DNA of 64,000 bases, taken from positions 76,880,001 to 76,944,000 of the forward strand of contig NC_043002.1 in assembly GCF_006345805.1 (NCBI RefSeq), given 5' to 3'. Position numbers and translations under genes: made by a program. The notes below the pieces were generated by a model. The model was not told the DNA's origin, ran no database searches, and worked only from the letters and a program-made list of their open reading frames with translations. Source of the stretch: Octopus sinensis (Eukaryota). Shown here in pieces: positions 36,706-48,582 of the stretch. How positions within the stretch are numbered: the first letter of the stretch is position 1; the number at the start of each line of letters is the position of its first letter.

Positions 36706-37327
36706 CATCATCATCATCGTTTAACGTCCGTTCTCCATGCTAGCATGGGTTGGACGGTTCGACCGGGGATCTGGGAAGCCAGAAGGCTGCACCAGGCTCC
36801 AGTCTTATCTGGCAGTGTTTCTACAGCTGGATGCCCTTCCTAACGCCAACCACTCCGTGAGTGTAGTGGGTGCTTTTCACGTGCCACCTGCACAGGTGCC
36901 AGGCGAGGCTGGCAACGGCCACGGTCGGATTGGTGTATTTTATGTGCCACCTGCACGGAAGCCAAACGAGGGGGTGCTGGCATCGGCCACGAGTCGGATA
37001 GTGCTTTTTATGTACCACCAGACCAGGGATCCTGGCTGGTTCAATTCGATTTCGATTTCGCTTGCCCCAACATGTCTTCGCAAGCAATGGGGTTGGCATG
37101 GGTGCCTGTCGTACGGTCAGATTGGTGTATTTTACGTGCCACCGGCACGGAAGCTAGTGGAGGCATCGGCCACGAGTCGGATAGTGCTTTTTACGTACCA
37201 CCAGACCAGGGATCCTGGCTGGTTCAATTTGATTTCGCTTGCCCCAACATGTCTTCGCAAGCAAGGGGGTTGGCATGGGTGCCTGTCGTACGGTCAGATT
37301 GGTGTATTTTACGTGCCACCGGCACGG
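36706..37327 (-). mobile_element. Young family B repeat with internal about 180-bp tandem duplication
   Basis: CpG-rich and close to consensus. GATTGGTGTATTTT recurs at 36928, 37120 and 37297. Confidence 0.9.
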
Positions 37328-37532
37328 AAAAACAAAATAATAATACATTTATACACGTAGGTATCTATACACACATATAACATATATTTATGCACTTATT
37401 TTATTTTGCAGCAATAAATACTATACACACACAACAAATAATCTACATAATGATATATGTATATGTACTTATCTTTTGAAATGTGTATGCTGAAATATTC
37501 AATTGTCTGTATTTAAAACATACTTAAGTATA

Positions 37533-37765
37533 CTGTAATCCCTTGACTATTATGGGTGTTACATTCCATCCCAGGTAATAGGTGAAAATCTGTGAAGTAG
37601 AAACAGTACTGCACTGTATATTTTAAAAATTATTTTTATAATTTGTATGTATTTATTTTAATATAAATGCAAAACAACACCATAGAGGAATCGGTGTAAG
37701 CTTAAATAATAAACTGTGATAGGTGAACCGTGATAGGTGAATCACAATATGGTGAGGGATTACTG
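37533..37765. mobile_element. pogo/Tigger-like MITE
   Basis: Ends TA|CTGTAATCCCTTGACTAT... and ...ATATGGTGAGGGATTACTG, matching a CAGTAATCCCTCG-type TIR. Confidence 0.65.
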
Positions 37766-38039
37766 CACACATATTTCATAATACTTTTATTAGCAAATAT
37801 AAATATATATTGTCTTATTTGCATTTTTTTGATTGACAGCATTTCATACATTTCTCAGTGATTATCAAATGTTCTCAACATGAAAGCAATTAGTGCTAGC
37901 AATTGTCCTTACTGGACAATGATGCTACATGCACTTGTACACCTTAGTTAATTAACCTTTTTGTTGTTGTTGTTGCTGCTGCTGTTGAGAACATCTGTCT
38001 ATACAATCAATCATGAAATACACAAGGGAGTCTCCGAAT

Positions 38040-38230
38040 GGTTGTTCCACTTGCTATAAATAACAACCAAATCTGCCTCAAATCAAGCACTGCTATGTGA
38101 AGTCAGGAAAAGACATATTAGATAATATACTCCCACAGATCCCTGAATAGATGGTCATGGCTGGTGCTCCTTTGCTTATAAGTCTGTTCAATCAGGGTTG
38201 ACCTGATGCTAAACAGCAGCATAAACAACA
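38040..38230 (+). repeat. Representative copy of an old unclassified interspersed repeat (family E)
   Basis: Core TGCTAGAAATAGCA.CCAAATCT...GATGGTCATGGCTGG...TCAATCAGGG.TGACCTG..GCTAAACAAC, also seen near 11.4, 14.1, 17.3, 34.6, 35.9, 44.9, 45.8, 61.0 and 63.0 kb. Confidence 0.55.
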
Positions 38231-38358
38231 GTAACATCATGAAATACACTTTGCTAGATTCAAATGATCCACCCAGTTTATGTTAGCAGTGAAATGCAGA
38301 TATAAAACTGATAATGAAAACAATGTTTTTTAGGGGCTTTTTATGTTAGAAAATTTAG

Positions 38359-38967
38359 CCCTTTGGCATTTAAACCATCCATATCTGGCCCAAATATTAC
38401 ACGTCTTTTTATACTCTTTTTACTTGTTTCAGTCATTTGACTGTGGCCATGCTGGAGCACTGCCTTTAGTTGAGCAAATCAACCCCGGGACTTATTCTTT
38501 GTAAGCCTAGTACTTATTCTATTGGTCTCTTTTGCTGAACCGCTAAGTGACAGGGACATAAACTCACCAGCATCAGTTGTCAAGCAATGCTAGCGGGACA
38601 AACACAGACACACAAACATACACACACACATATATATACATATATACGACAGGCTTCTTTCAGTTTCTGTCTACCAAATTCACTCACAAGGCTTTGGTTG
38701 GCCCGAGGCTATAGTAGAAGACACTTGCCAAAGGTGCCATGCAGTGGGACTGAACCAGGAACCATGTGGTTGGTAAGCAAGCTACTTACTACACAGCCAT
38801 TCCTGTGCCTATGTTCAAACAAGCCTAATCTGGCCTCTTGCACCACCTACCCTACCTAACCAATCACATCATTGAAATATTGAAGTTATTAGTTAATGCA
38901 TAATTAATTCAAACCAATGTGAGTAAATAAGCATTACATTTGACAGAATAATCTGAATGTTAAAGGG
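38359..38967. mobile_element. TTAA-type MITE P1 split by a SINE A insertion
   Basis: TTAG|CCCTTTGGCATTTAAA ... TCTGAATGTTAAAGGG|TTAA. Confidence 0.65.
38403..38808 (-). mobile_element. Full-length SINE family A
   Basis: Same architecture as 9996-10418. Confidence 0.9.
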
Positions 38968-38999
38968 TTAATTGAAATCTTTCTCTTTCAGGTGGTCAC

Positions 39000-40250
39000 A
39001 ACCAAGGTGCATTTTGCTATGTTGTGCCAAGGAATATCTGTTCCCATTAACTTTGGTGCATTCTTAGTTTTACATTGTGTATCTGTTCTAACAACATAAT
39101 GAGCGATTTTTGCCATCTATTATAATACAGAAGTCTCCAGAATATACTATTTAATATGGCCTGTTGTTCAGCATGATAACAGTGACTAACAAAGCATACT
39201 CTGAATTAGGCAATCATAGCACAGATGGATGGAATATGCCCATAAACCTCTTCTTTTGTATCGTGTTCATACCATGAGATATTTTGAGCCTAGGTGAAAA
39301 GTATGTGTAAGTACCATCGAGGTCTGTTCCCCAATGCAAAGACTAAACTCAAGACTATCTATGAAGATGGAAACCAACTACCAACTTTGTGTCAACGATG
39401 TCATACAGTGAAGGAGATCAGTGTTATTAGAGGTTGGAGAAATGGATTTCAGAGCTGATATCCATTTTAGTTGGTATATAGTTTGGCAGAAGTTAGTTTC
39501 TGTATCAAGCTTTAGTTTGTTATTAAATAGCAGAATAAAATTAATTTTGGACCAAAATTTAGTAGATATATCGTCTTGGTTAATAGGGAACCAGATAGAT
39601 CTATGACATGTGGTTTGTTGTAATCAGCTGTGGGGGCTTCAAAGTTGTCATCATTTGCAATACTTTCAGTTGTAGCAGTATCAGAGTTATCTTCAGTGTT
39701 CTTGTTATATTAGCAGCCTGTTGTTGGAGTTTGAGCTCTTGTCAAACTGGTGTAGGTGGTGGATCAGTCTTGCTGTTATAGTTTGTATAAGTGCCTTTGA
39801 TAGGATGAACTGGTGTGGTAGTAATTATTTTGAATTCAATGGAATTTACATACAAAGCATCTTTCATCATGGTAGATCTGTCTATGATAGCAACCGTTAA
39901 TCATGTCATGTAAATGTGATAGAGTATATATTAGGAAGTCATTCAAGTTTAATTTTTAGATCATAAATCATAAATATTCTTAAGCAACTACTTAAAACCT
40001 TCCTAGGACTTGATGCAGATACGTTATCTACTTAGCTGGCTTCTTCATTACTTGTCTTCAAATTGTCTTCTTTGTATATGATATAATTATTTCAAATGAG
40101 AATGTAATCTTTATATCTAACTTAGCATAGATGTCTTATTAGAACACTGAATTCTGCATTATTAGCCTTGAGAAGTCCATGCCAGTCATATTTCACTGCT
40201 ACAATGTATAGAATATCAGCATCTCTTCAGATACGGATGTTGCAAGATTA
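39000..40250 (-). mobile_element. Highly decayed CR1/Jockey-like LINE remnant
   Basis: Only fragmentary protein-like similarity to the RT C-terminal region, with many stops. Confidence 0.35.
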
Positions 40251-40455
40251 TTAAAAAATTAATTATTAGTAACAGAAGTAGAATTAATATCAAAAGGTAC
40301 ACTAAATGTCCAACTAAATGTCCAGCTAAATGTCCAATTAAGCATGTGTGTATATTATATATATATATATGTATATATAAAATATTATTAGAGACTTAAT
40401 CCTAAATCTGATTTTTTTCCCTGTAAATTTGGATTTATTCCCTAATATTTATTAT

Positions 40456-40524
<69 letters not shown>

Positions 40525-40624
40525 TAGTGTACTTCAAATGAATAAGATAATGTAATACGATGGTAGAAATTCCACAAATTAGGTACTCCAAAGCCAGCAT
40601 GTGGTAAATAGTTAATTTAAAAAA

Positions 40625-40940
40625 AACAAAGAAAAATCAACAACATGAGGATGCAGTACATGCAAAGTATTAAAAGACACTCAAGGAAGGAAAGAAAGGG
40701 TGTTTTACATTTTGAGCAAAACTCTTCTTCAGAAACAGGAGACATTTTCAAAATGTAACAACATGTGGATTGTTGGTAATTTTTTTCCCTTCGTCTTCCT
40801 TTTCTCTTGGACTTTTCTCTGTCACCTGTTTCTGAAGAAAAGCTTTGCTCGAAATGTAAAACACCTTTTCTTTCCTTCCCTGAGCATCTTTTAATATTTT
40901 GCATGTACCACATCCTCGCACTGTTGTTTTTTCTTGTTAT
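40625..40940. mobile_element. Palindromic Penelope-like pLTR remnant with mirror-image hammerhead-like motifs
   Basis: Arms 40625-40743 and 40821-40940. The right arm reads GTTT-CTGAAGA-A-AAGCtttGCTC-GAAA-TGTA-AAAC and is homologous to 46750-46870. Confidence 0.75.
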
Positions 40941-41089
40941 GTTTTCCTACATTTTTGGGGGATTATATATTGTAATAGATATACATTACATAAGGGATTG
41001 ATAGATAGATGACACCATCATTCCATGGTGACAATCATTTACAACCACCATGCATTCTCAAGGTAAGGCACGAAAATACACACATTTCA

Positions 41090-41168
41090 CATGTGTGTGT
41101 GCGTGTGTGTGTGTGTGTATATATATATATAGATATATACACATATATACATATCTATCTATCTATCT

Positions 41169-41220
<52 letters not shown>

Positions 41221-41250
41221 CTATCTATCTATCTATCTTCTATCTATCTA

Positions 41251-41293
<43 letters not shown>

Positions 41294-41305
41294 ATATGTA
41301 GATGC

Positions 41306-41354
<49 letters not shown>

Positions 41355-41580
41355 TGTATTTATATATGTGTGTGTCTGTGTGTATAAATGTTTGCATATA
41401 TGTATTCATATATGTGTGTATGTATGCACATGTATATATGCATATTTGTGTATATATGTATGTGCATTTATGTGAGTGCATATGTCTATGCATAAATATA
41501 TATGCATATACATACATACATATATATATAAATACACATACATACATTCATACATACATACATACATACATACACATATC
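41090..41580. repeat. Compound microsatellite (TG)n/(TATC)n/(TA)n/(ATAC)n
   Basis: Directly visible. Confidence 0.95.
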
Positions 41581-42818
41581 TAAGGATATATATATATCCT
41601 TAAATGTTGATAAAAGAAGTTAAATATTATACTTTTTAAGTTTTCTTGGATTAATATCCAGGGCATCTTATACAGATAACAACTAATGGAATATGATGTA
41701 CATACTAACATTATGTAAAAAAACAAACTAAATCTTAAATCTGTTGCTATAGTGATGGAAATCATCTTATAAGGCTCTATTTTTAGCAGTAATATAGCCA
41801 ATTTCTGCTTTCTTTTTTCTGGTTTAATTTCTTTTTTTCTTTCTCCTATTCTTTATTCTTCCTCCTGCAGCCTATTGCTTCCTTCTCCTCCTTCCTTTCT
41901 TCCTTTGGTTTTTTTTTCCATTCTGCCTAAAAACGGTTATTATGGCTTTTGTCTTTCTTCTCATTTCTTCTTAGTTTATATCTTTGTCACTTTCTCTCTG
42001 TCTGTCTGTCTCTCTTTCTCACTCTCTCACTCTCTTCAGTATGTATGTTTGTGTGTGTGTGTGTGAGAGTGTGTCAGATGATTATTCTCCCCTCCTCTTT
42101 CTAACACTCTTTTCACTTGCTCTTGTCTACTTCTTTTTCTTCTTTACTCCTTCTTTCTCACTCCCCACTCCCTAATTATATTTACTCTGCATTGAAAATC
42201 AATATAATATCATACAAAATCAGATGTAGCCATCCCACCACCTTCCTTCCTTCCTTTCTTTCTCTCTCTCTCTCTCCCTCTCCCACTTCGAGATAATGTT
42301 TTATCCATAAACATTACAGCTCCTCAAACCAACATACATTACATAAGGAACCTTTCCTTCACTATCTATCTATCTATCTATCCTTCTATCTATTTATCAC
42401 CTTCTTTCTTGCCACCTCTCTCTCTCTTTCCCCGCTTCTTTTGCCTTTCTTATCCAATCCCTTACACTCTCGCTTTTACTCTGTCAGCCATCCATCCCAC
42501 TCTTAATCTTTCTTTAACCAAATTTACCTTGCTTCTCTTTGTTGGAGTGAGGGTTTTGTTTTCTTGCAACTGTTTATGTTGCTAGTCATTAGCTTTGTTG
42601 CTGCAACTAATCAGTGCAGATTGTTGCTATTGTTGTTGTAATAGCTATTACTGCTGTTGAGGCTATTGTTGCTATTATTTTTCTTTTTGTCGTTGTTTGG
42701 CTCCTGGTCAGCCATGATCAAGCAGACCTGTTATTGAAAGTATTCTGGCTGTGACCACCCCACATGTATGCACGTGCATGCATACACATTCATACACACA
42801 CACACACACACATGCATG

Positions 42819-42861
<43 letters not shown>

Positions 42862-43207
42862 CATGCATGCACACATACACACACACATGCACACATGCAC
42901 ACACACATATCAAAAAGGTAGATATTTCTCAGAGTACACCATAATTAGGCTACGAAAGATATTTTTCTGTAAAGGTGTTCAAGAAATATCTTATTGTCAG
43001 GTGATATTTTATTCAACCACCAGTACTTTCATATGTTTCACATGAAACTACTTTTCTAAAAAATTCATTGTAATTTTTGATTTTGTTAAAAAAATCCAAG
43101 CAACTTGGTGGGACATTTACTTTAGTAATCAGATGTCCCTGACAGTAGCTTCTATTATACTATCCCTCTCTTCTGACTACATTATTAATTACAGAAATCA
43201 CTCTTGA

Positions 43208-43495
43208 GAAGGTGCATGGGCTTAGTGGCTAGGGTGTTTGGCTCATGATTGTACATTTGTGTGTTCATTTCCTGTGGGCATGTTGTGTCCTTGAGCTAGA
43301 CACTTTATTTTACGTTGCTCAAATCCACTCAGCTGGCAAAAAGAAGTTGCACCTGTGTCACACTGAATCTCCTTGAGAACTATATTAGGGGTAAATGCGC
43401 TCAGCCGCTTACACATTAATTTCATGAGCAGGTTGTTTGACTGATTGTTTCAACTAGAATGCTCATCATTGTAACCAATGGAGAACCAGGTCACT
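43208..43495 (+). mobile_element. SINE family C variant
   Basis: GGGCTTAGTGGCTAGGGTG...TTGTGTCCTTGAGCTAGACACTTTATTTTACGTTGCTC..ATCCACTCAGCTGG. Confidence 0.75.
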
Positions 43496-43914
43496 CTTTA
43501 AACTGGTGTACAATTACTTGGAAGACAAAGTGTATTCTTCTACAACACTGAGATTATTTTTAATATTATGTGTATTTCTTTGCAATTAACAAAAAGTAAA
43601 AAAAAAAATTCCATTTTCATTCATAGTTTTGTGTTGCCTAAGCTTCTGCCTTAGAAGCTCAAAAGCTCTTTGCAATGACAGCTTCTTCAAATATTGACCA
43701 ATGTTTACTACTTGCTTTCCAATGCTCTTGTTGGCCTGCACTGCAGACTGTCACATAAATGTAAATTTAATGTTTATTGATTATTAATTGAAACAGCTGT
43801 AAGGGAAGATGACCAATTTGCAATTAATAATAAACAATTATTAACTTCACAAGTTCCATTTTCTCCTTCTTTTAAATTAATATAAATGACTATAAACTAT
43901 ATATGTGTGTGTGT

Positions 43915-44095
43915 GTGTGGCTTGACAACCAGTGTTGGCTTGCTTATATCCTCATAACTTAGTTTTAGGCTAAAGAGGCCAAAAGAATAGGTATTACACT
44001 CAATAAATAAATACATGTATCGATTTGTTTGACTAATCCCTCCAAGGCGGTGCTCCAGCATGACTGCAGTCTAATGGTTGAAACAAGTAATAGAG
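43915..44095 (+). mobile_element. SINE family A 3' half
   Basis: CTTGACAACCAGTGTTGG...GGCGGTGCTCCAGCATGACTGCAGTCTAATGGTTGAAACAAGTAA. Confidence 0.75.
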
Positions 44096-45967
44096 AGGTG
44101 ACAGAGAATAGATATGAAAATATTTGAGAATTTTTCACAATAAGCACTTCAATATCAGTTGGTATTACATTGACAGCTGACTGGAGATAGTTGTTCACAA
44201 TATGTACACCATGAAAAGGTCCCTTCCAAGTTTGGTTTATGATCAACTAAATATGTTCTTCTTTTTCCATTTTACATTACCAAAATTTGTGTTGCATTTG
44301 TCTCCACAAAAATCAATGACTTTTTATATCAATCTATGATTGTCAGTAACTGAAACAAAGGAATTTGTCAAGATCTCAGCTTTCTCACCAGAAATAATGT
44401 GCATATCCAAGAATTTAACTTCTACCTTCTACTTTTGGTGATTTGTCTTTGGAACAAGTTCAATCATCCCTCTCTGTCACTCCATTTCTCATGGAAAACA
44501 TGTTATATAATGCCAAATTTCAATAGTTACTGATGTGTGAACATGTCAGAGTTTAGGGAATTTTATTGTTTCTTTTAGCTCAAGAAGAATTCCTCGTTGC
44601 CAACTGATTTTCCTTGGAGGTATCTGGTATTTACAATGGCCATCTGTTCTTATTTTCCATTGTAGGAACAATTCCAAATATTCTAGTTTTGTATGTGAGT
44701 GAGACAGATAGTTTTAGCTTCAAATCATGGTTGAGTTCCTGCTACAGGTGTCTCATAACATGCTAGAAAAACTAATTAACATCAATGCCTTGTGTGCTAT
44801 CAGTCAAAATCATAAAAAAAAACTGGAGTTGAATTTCAAACTAGTCAAGATGCTGGAACAATCCCAATCAAACAGGGGTGTAAGGTAACCCTATATCTAA
44901 GTATATTATTCAAGGAGTTCCTCTTTTTTAAGATAATCAGGTGTAATTTGAAGGAATTTGATGCTATTTCTAACAGGTTAAGCAACTACAAAGAGGTTCT
45001 TTCATTGGTTTGTGTTACTGTTTAACTCCAAGTCGTCCTGATTGAGCAAATTTATGATGAAAGGCAATCCAGTCTAACAATCCTGCCTTGGTATATGTTG
45101 GATACTTCATCGTCCAATATGTTTGTGTATCAATAAGGTAGACTGTAATCTGGCTGCTATTTCTAGAAAATAGAGTGAATTTGCAGAAATTGTTCAAGAA
45201 CTGGAGAAAATGCCTGTGGTATTTAGCTATAGTTCTTTATTCTAGGTTCAGCCCTTGTCAAGGCCAGCTTTGCACAACATCCTATTGAAGTATGGCAAAA
45301 TAAAGTACCACTCAAGTAATTACAAAGTAAAGTACTACTCAAGTAGGTCAATTCTTATAATGCATCCTAGATGTGAATAGAATTAGAACAGAAGACTAAA
45401 CAGACTCCTGCATATCGCTGAAATCATGTGTGCAGCTGTTACCATTATTGTTGCATGTACTATATATACTTTACACACACACACACATTTACATTGTTAT
45501 TGTTGTTACCAAAAGTCCCAGACTATGTAACCTCCTGGCAAGATATGTCCTCAATACAGCTCTTTTTCTATTATTCCTACTTAGAGTCATTTAACAGTTA
45601 TAGAAAAGCATAAATGTCTCAATTTTCTATTTATTTTTACTCCCCCTTCCCCTATCCCTAGAGTCAACAATAGAGACTCAATGAGGTATAATCTGCTAGA
45701 AAGTGCAGTTCAGTCTCACTCACAGTCTACCATATTAAACAAAAAAATTGGGAAGGATATATTGGAATTATGCAATCCTTGATTAACTGTATTTGAAAAA
45801 CAGATGTGATTCTCATGGTCAGAATAAATTTGATCATGGACTTGCTCTTGAGGGCTAAAAACAATAAATAGCAAAAACCTTAAAACTTGTTACCTTCATT
45901 GACAACATTTGTAGTAATTGTAAATAGTGTTACTACTAGTGTTGTCATAAAAGATAACATAAATAAT

Positions 45968-46099
45968 ACAGGTGCAAGCATAGCTGTGTGGTTAAGAAGT
46001 TGGCTTCCCAACAATGTGTTACTGGGTTCAGTCCCACTGCATGGCTCCTTACATTTGGTAGACAGAAACTGAAAGAAGCTTGTCATATGTATGTGTGCG

Positions 46100-46100
<1 letters not shown>
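45968..46100 (+). mobile_element. SINE family A head
   Basis: GCATAGCTGTGTGGTTAAGAAGTTGG...GGTTCAGTCCCACTGCATGG...GGTAGACAGAAACTGAAAGAAGC. Confidence 0.75.
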
Positions 46101-46133
<33 letters not shown>

Positions 46134-46282
46134 ATATATATATATTGGATAATAGGTCATGTTCGTCTAGTTTTCCACTGGTATTGCCTCCATTCAAATT
46201 ATAAATTGGAACTTTGAGCACTTTGATTCTAGACTTTTTCTGAGCATTGTTAAAGTTAGCAATCTCTACATAAAATTGTATA

Positions 46283-46329
<47 letters not shown>

Positions 46330-46332
<3 letters not shown>

Positions 46333-46887
46333 GAAATATGTTACAAAAAGAAAATATAAAATACACATGGAAATGTAAGGGGAAAATAAAAATCAATGAA
46401 AATGCACATTGTAAATAAAAAAAGAAAAGGCTTTTTATGAAAGGTAACGACAGATATATACATTTAGATAGACTGAGGTAGTAGTAATAAGAGTCATAAA
46501 AGTCATTATTATGAGATGATTAAAAAGTCAGAAAGCAAACTATACCATGGTTTCGTCATAAGCTATTCATTGCTTTGAATAAACACCCTTTTATGACTTT
46601 TATTACTACCTCAGTCCATCTAAATGTATATATCTGTTGTTACCTTTCATAAATAGCCTTTTCTTTTTTTATTTACAATGTGCATTTTCCTTGATTTTTC
46701 TTATTTTCCCCTTTTTCCTCCGTCTTCCCTTCTCTGGATCTTTCCTTTTCCTATGTTTCTGACGAAGAGCTCCGCTCGAAACGTTAAACCCTCCTTCTTC
46801 CCTTCCTTCCTGAGCGTCCATTAATACTATATTTGTTCCACGTCCTCACGTTGTTGTGTTTCTCTTTGTGTTTTCATGTTTGGATTA

Positions 46888-46892
<5 letters not shown>
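46330..46892 (+). mobile_element. Penelope-like remnant between (TA)n tracts, with a 125-bp inverted duplication and a hammerhead
   Basis: Inverted arms 46377-46502 and 46588-46713, HHR at 46755-46789, (TA)n on both flanks. Confidence 0.7.
46755..46789 (+). ncRNA. Minimal type-I hammerhead ribozyme motif, catalytic core intact
   Basis: GTTT | CTGACGA | A | GAGC tcc GCTC | GAAA | C G T T | AAAC. Stem I is GTTT/AAAC, stem II is GAGC/GCTC, and stem III is the palindrome AACGTT. Confidence 0.7.
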
Positions 46893-46939
<47 letters not shown>

Positions 46940-46984
46940 TGTGCATGTGTGTGTATCACTATCAATGAGCATCACTATCATACA

Positions 46985-47165
46985 AGCAATGTTGTTCATT
47001 TCCACTCTTCCATGGAAACCGTGTCTGGCCAAGGGGGATGCGTTACCTTGCTAGGAAACAAGGGTTGGCAACAGGAAGGGCATCCAACCATAGAAAATCT
47101 GACTCCATAAATTATGCCGGACCCATGCAAGTATAGAAAATTGAACACTGAAATGGTGATGATGA
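46985..47165 (+). mobile_element. Family B variant 3' end
   Basis: ACAGGAAGGGCATCCAACCATAGAAAATCTG...GACCCATGCAAGTATAGAAAA. Confidence 0.7.
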
Positions 47166-47236
47166 ACACAACGAAAATAATTTGGTAGAATGTAAACCTG
47201 ACAAGTGTGCAGGGGTTACGCTATTTAAAAGAAATA

Positions 47237-47990
47237 AGGTGGCGAACTGGTAGAATTGTTAGTCTAAGATGCTTAGTAGTATTTCACCTATGTTTACATT
47301 CTGAGTTCAAATGTTGCCGGGGTTGACTTTGCCTTTCATCCTTTCAGGGTCGATGAAATACAGACCAGTTGCATACTAGGGTCAGTGTAATTGACTAACC
47401 CCACTCTCTTAAAATTTTAGGCCCTTTGCCTCTAATTGGAAGGATTGTGTTAAGGAAAAACTGCAACAGGGGTTGTTGTTGTTGTTATTGTTGCTGCAGC
47501 TGCTGCTGTGGCTGCTGTTGTTGTTGTTGTTAATATTATTGTTGTTGTTGTTAAGGTGGTGAGCTGGCAGAATCATTAGCACACTAGGCAAAATGCATAG
47601 TGGCATTTTGTCTGCCTTTATGTTCTGAGTTCAAATTCTGCTGAGGTTGACTTTGTCTTTTTATCCTTTCACGGTCAACAAAATAAGTACCAGTTGAACT
47701 CTGTGGGGAAAGGGGGTCTAATCAACTTACCCCTCCCCCCAAATTACTGGCCTTGTGCCAAAATTCGAAAAGGCAGCAAGATGGTAGAATTGCTTGCATG
47801 CTGGGTGAAATACTTAACAGAATTTCGTCCGTCTTTATGCTCTGAATTCAAAGTGTGCTAAGGTCGACTTTGCCTTCCACCCTTTCAGGAATCAATAAAA
47901 TAACTACCAGCTGAGTAATGGAGTCAATGTGATTGACTTACTCCCCATCAAAAAAAATTGCTGGCTTTGTGCCAAAATTTGAAACCAATA
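47237..47990 (+). mobile_element. Three head-to-tail copies of SINE family D (Meta/MESC-like central domain)
   Basis: AAGGTGG.GAGCTGGCAGAAT...GTTCTGAGTTCAAAT...GACTTTGCCTTTCATCCTTTC.GGGTCGAT.AAATAAGTACCAG starts at about 47237, 47553 and 47770. The domain name is assigned from memory. Confidence 0.8.
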
Positions 47991-48164
47991 TTATTGTAGT
48001 TGCTTATGTTGTTGCTATTGTCGTTGTTATTGGTATTGTCAATAATTCTGATGTTGTTGCCAATGTTGCTGATGTCATTGTTGCTGTCGTTGTTACTGAT
48101 ATTGGTTCTGAGAGTATATAGATTATCATGTAATTATTTTTACAACTGCTATTTCTTTTTCCGA

Positions 48165-48582
48165 GCATGATAGTTGCCAGAGCAGCTAACCGGCTTCCAT
48201 GCCGGTGGCATGTAAAAAGCACCATTTGAGTGTGATCGTTACCAGTGTCGCCTTACTGGCACTTGTGCCAGTAGCACGTGAAAAAACATTTGAGTGAGGT
48301 CGTTGCCAGTGCCACTGGACTGGCTCCTGTGCATGTGACACGTAAAAACACCATTTGAGCATGGGTGTTGCCAGAACCGCCTGACTGGCACGTAAGAGTA
48401 CCCATTACACTCTCAGAATGGTTGGCGTTAGGAAGGGCATCCAGCTGTAGAAACTCTGCCAGATCAGCTTGGAGTCTGGTGCAACCATCTGGTGCAGCCA
48501 TCTGGTTTGCCAGTCCTCAGTCAAATCGTCCAACACATGCTAGCATGGAAAGCAGACGTTAAACGATGATGATGATGATGTT
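48165..48582 (+). mobile_element. Family B repeat
   Basis: Modules CACGTAAAAAGCACC..., then GGTTGGCGTTAGGAAGGGCATCCAGCTGTAGAAAC...GTTAAAC(GAT)n. Confidence 0.85.

Noticed and set aside
36737-37360. 207-aa ORF, and related ORFs at 15773-16373
   Set aside because: It is the antisense frame of family B repeat modules. The same peptide recurs wherever the repeat does.
44200-44660. Possible LINE endonuclease remnant on the minus strand
   Set aside because: No clear APE motifs could be recovered by eye.
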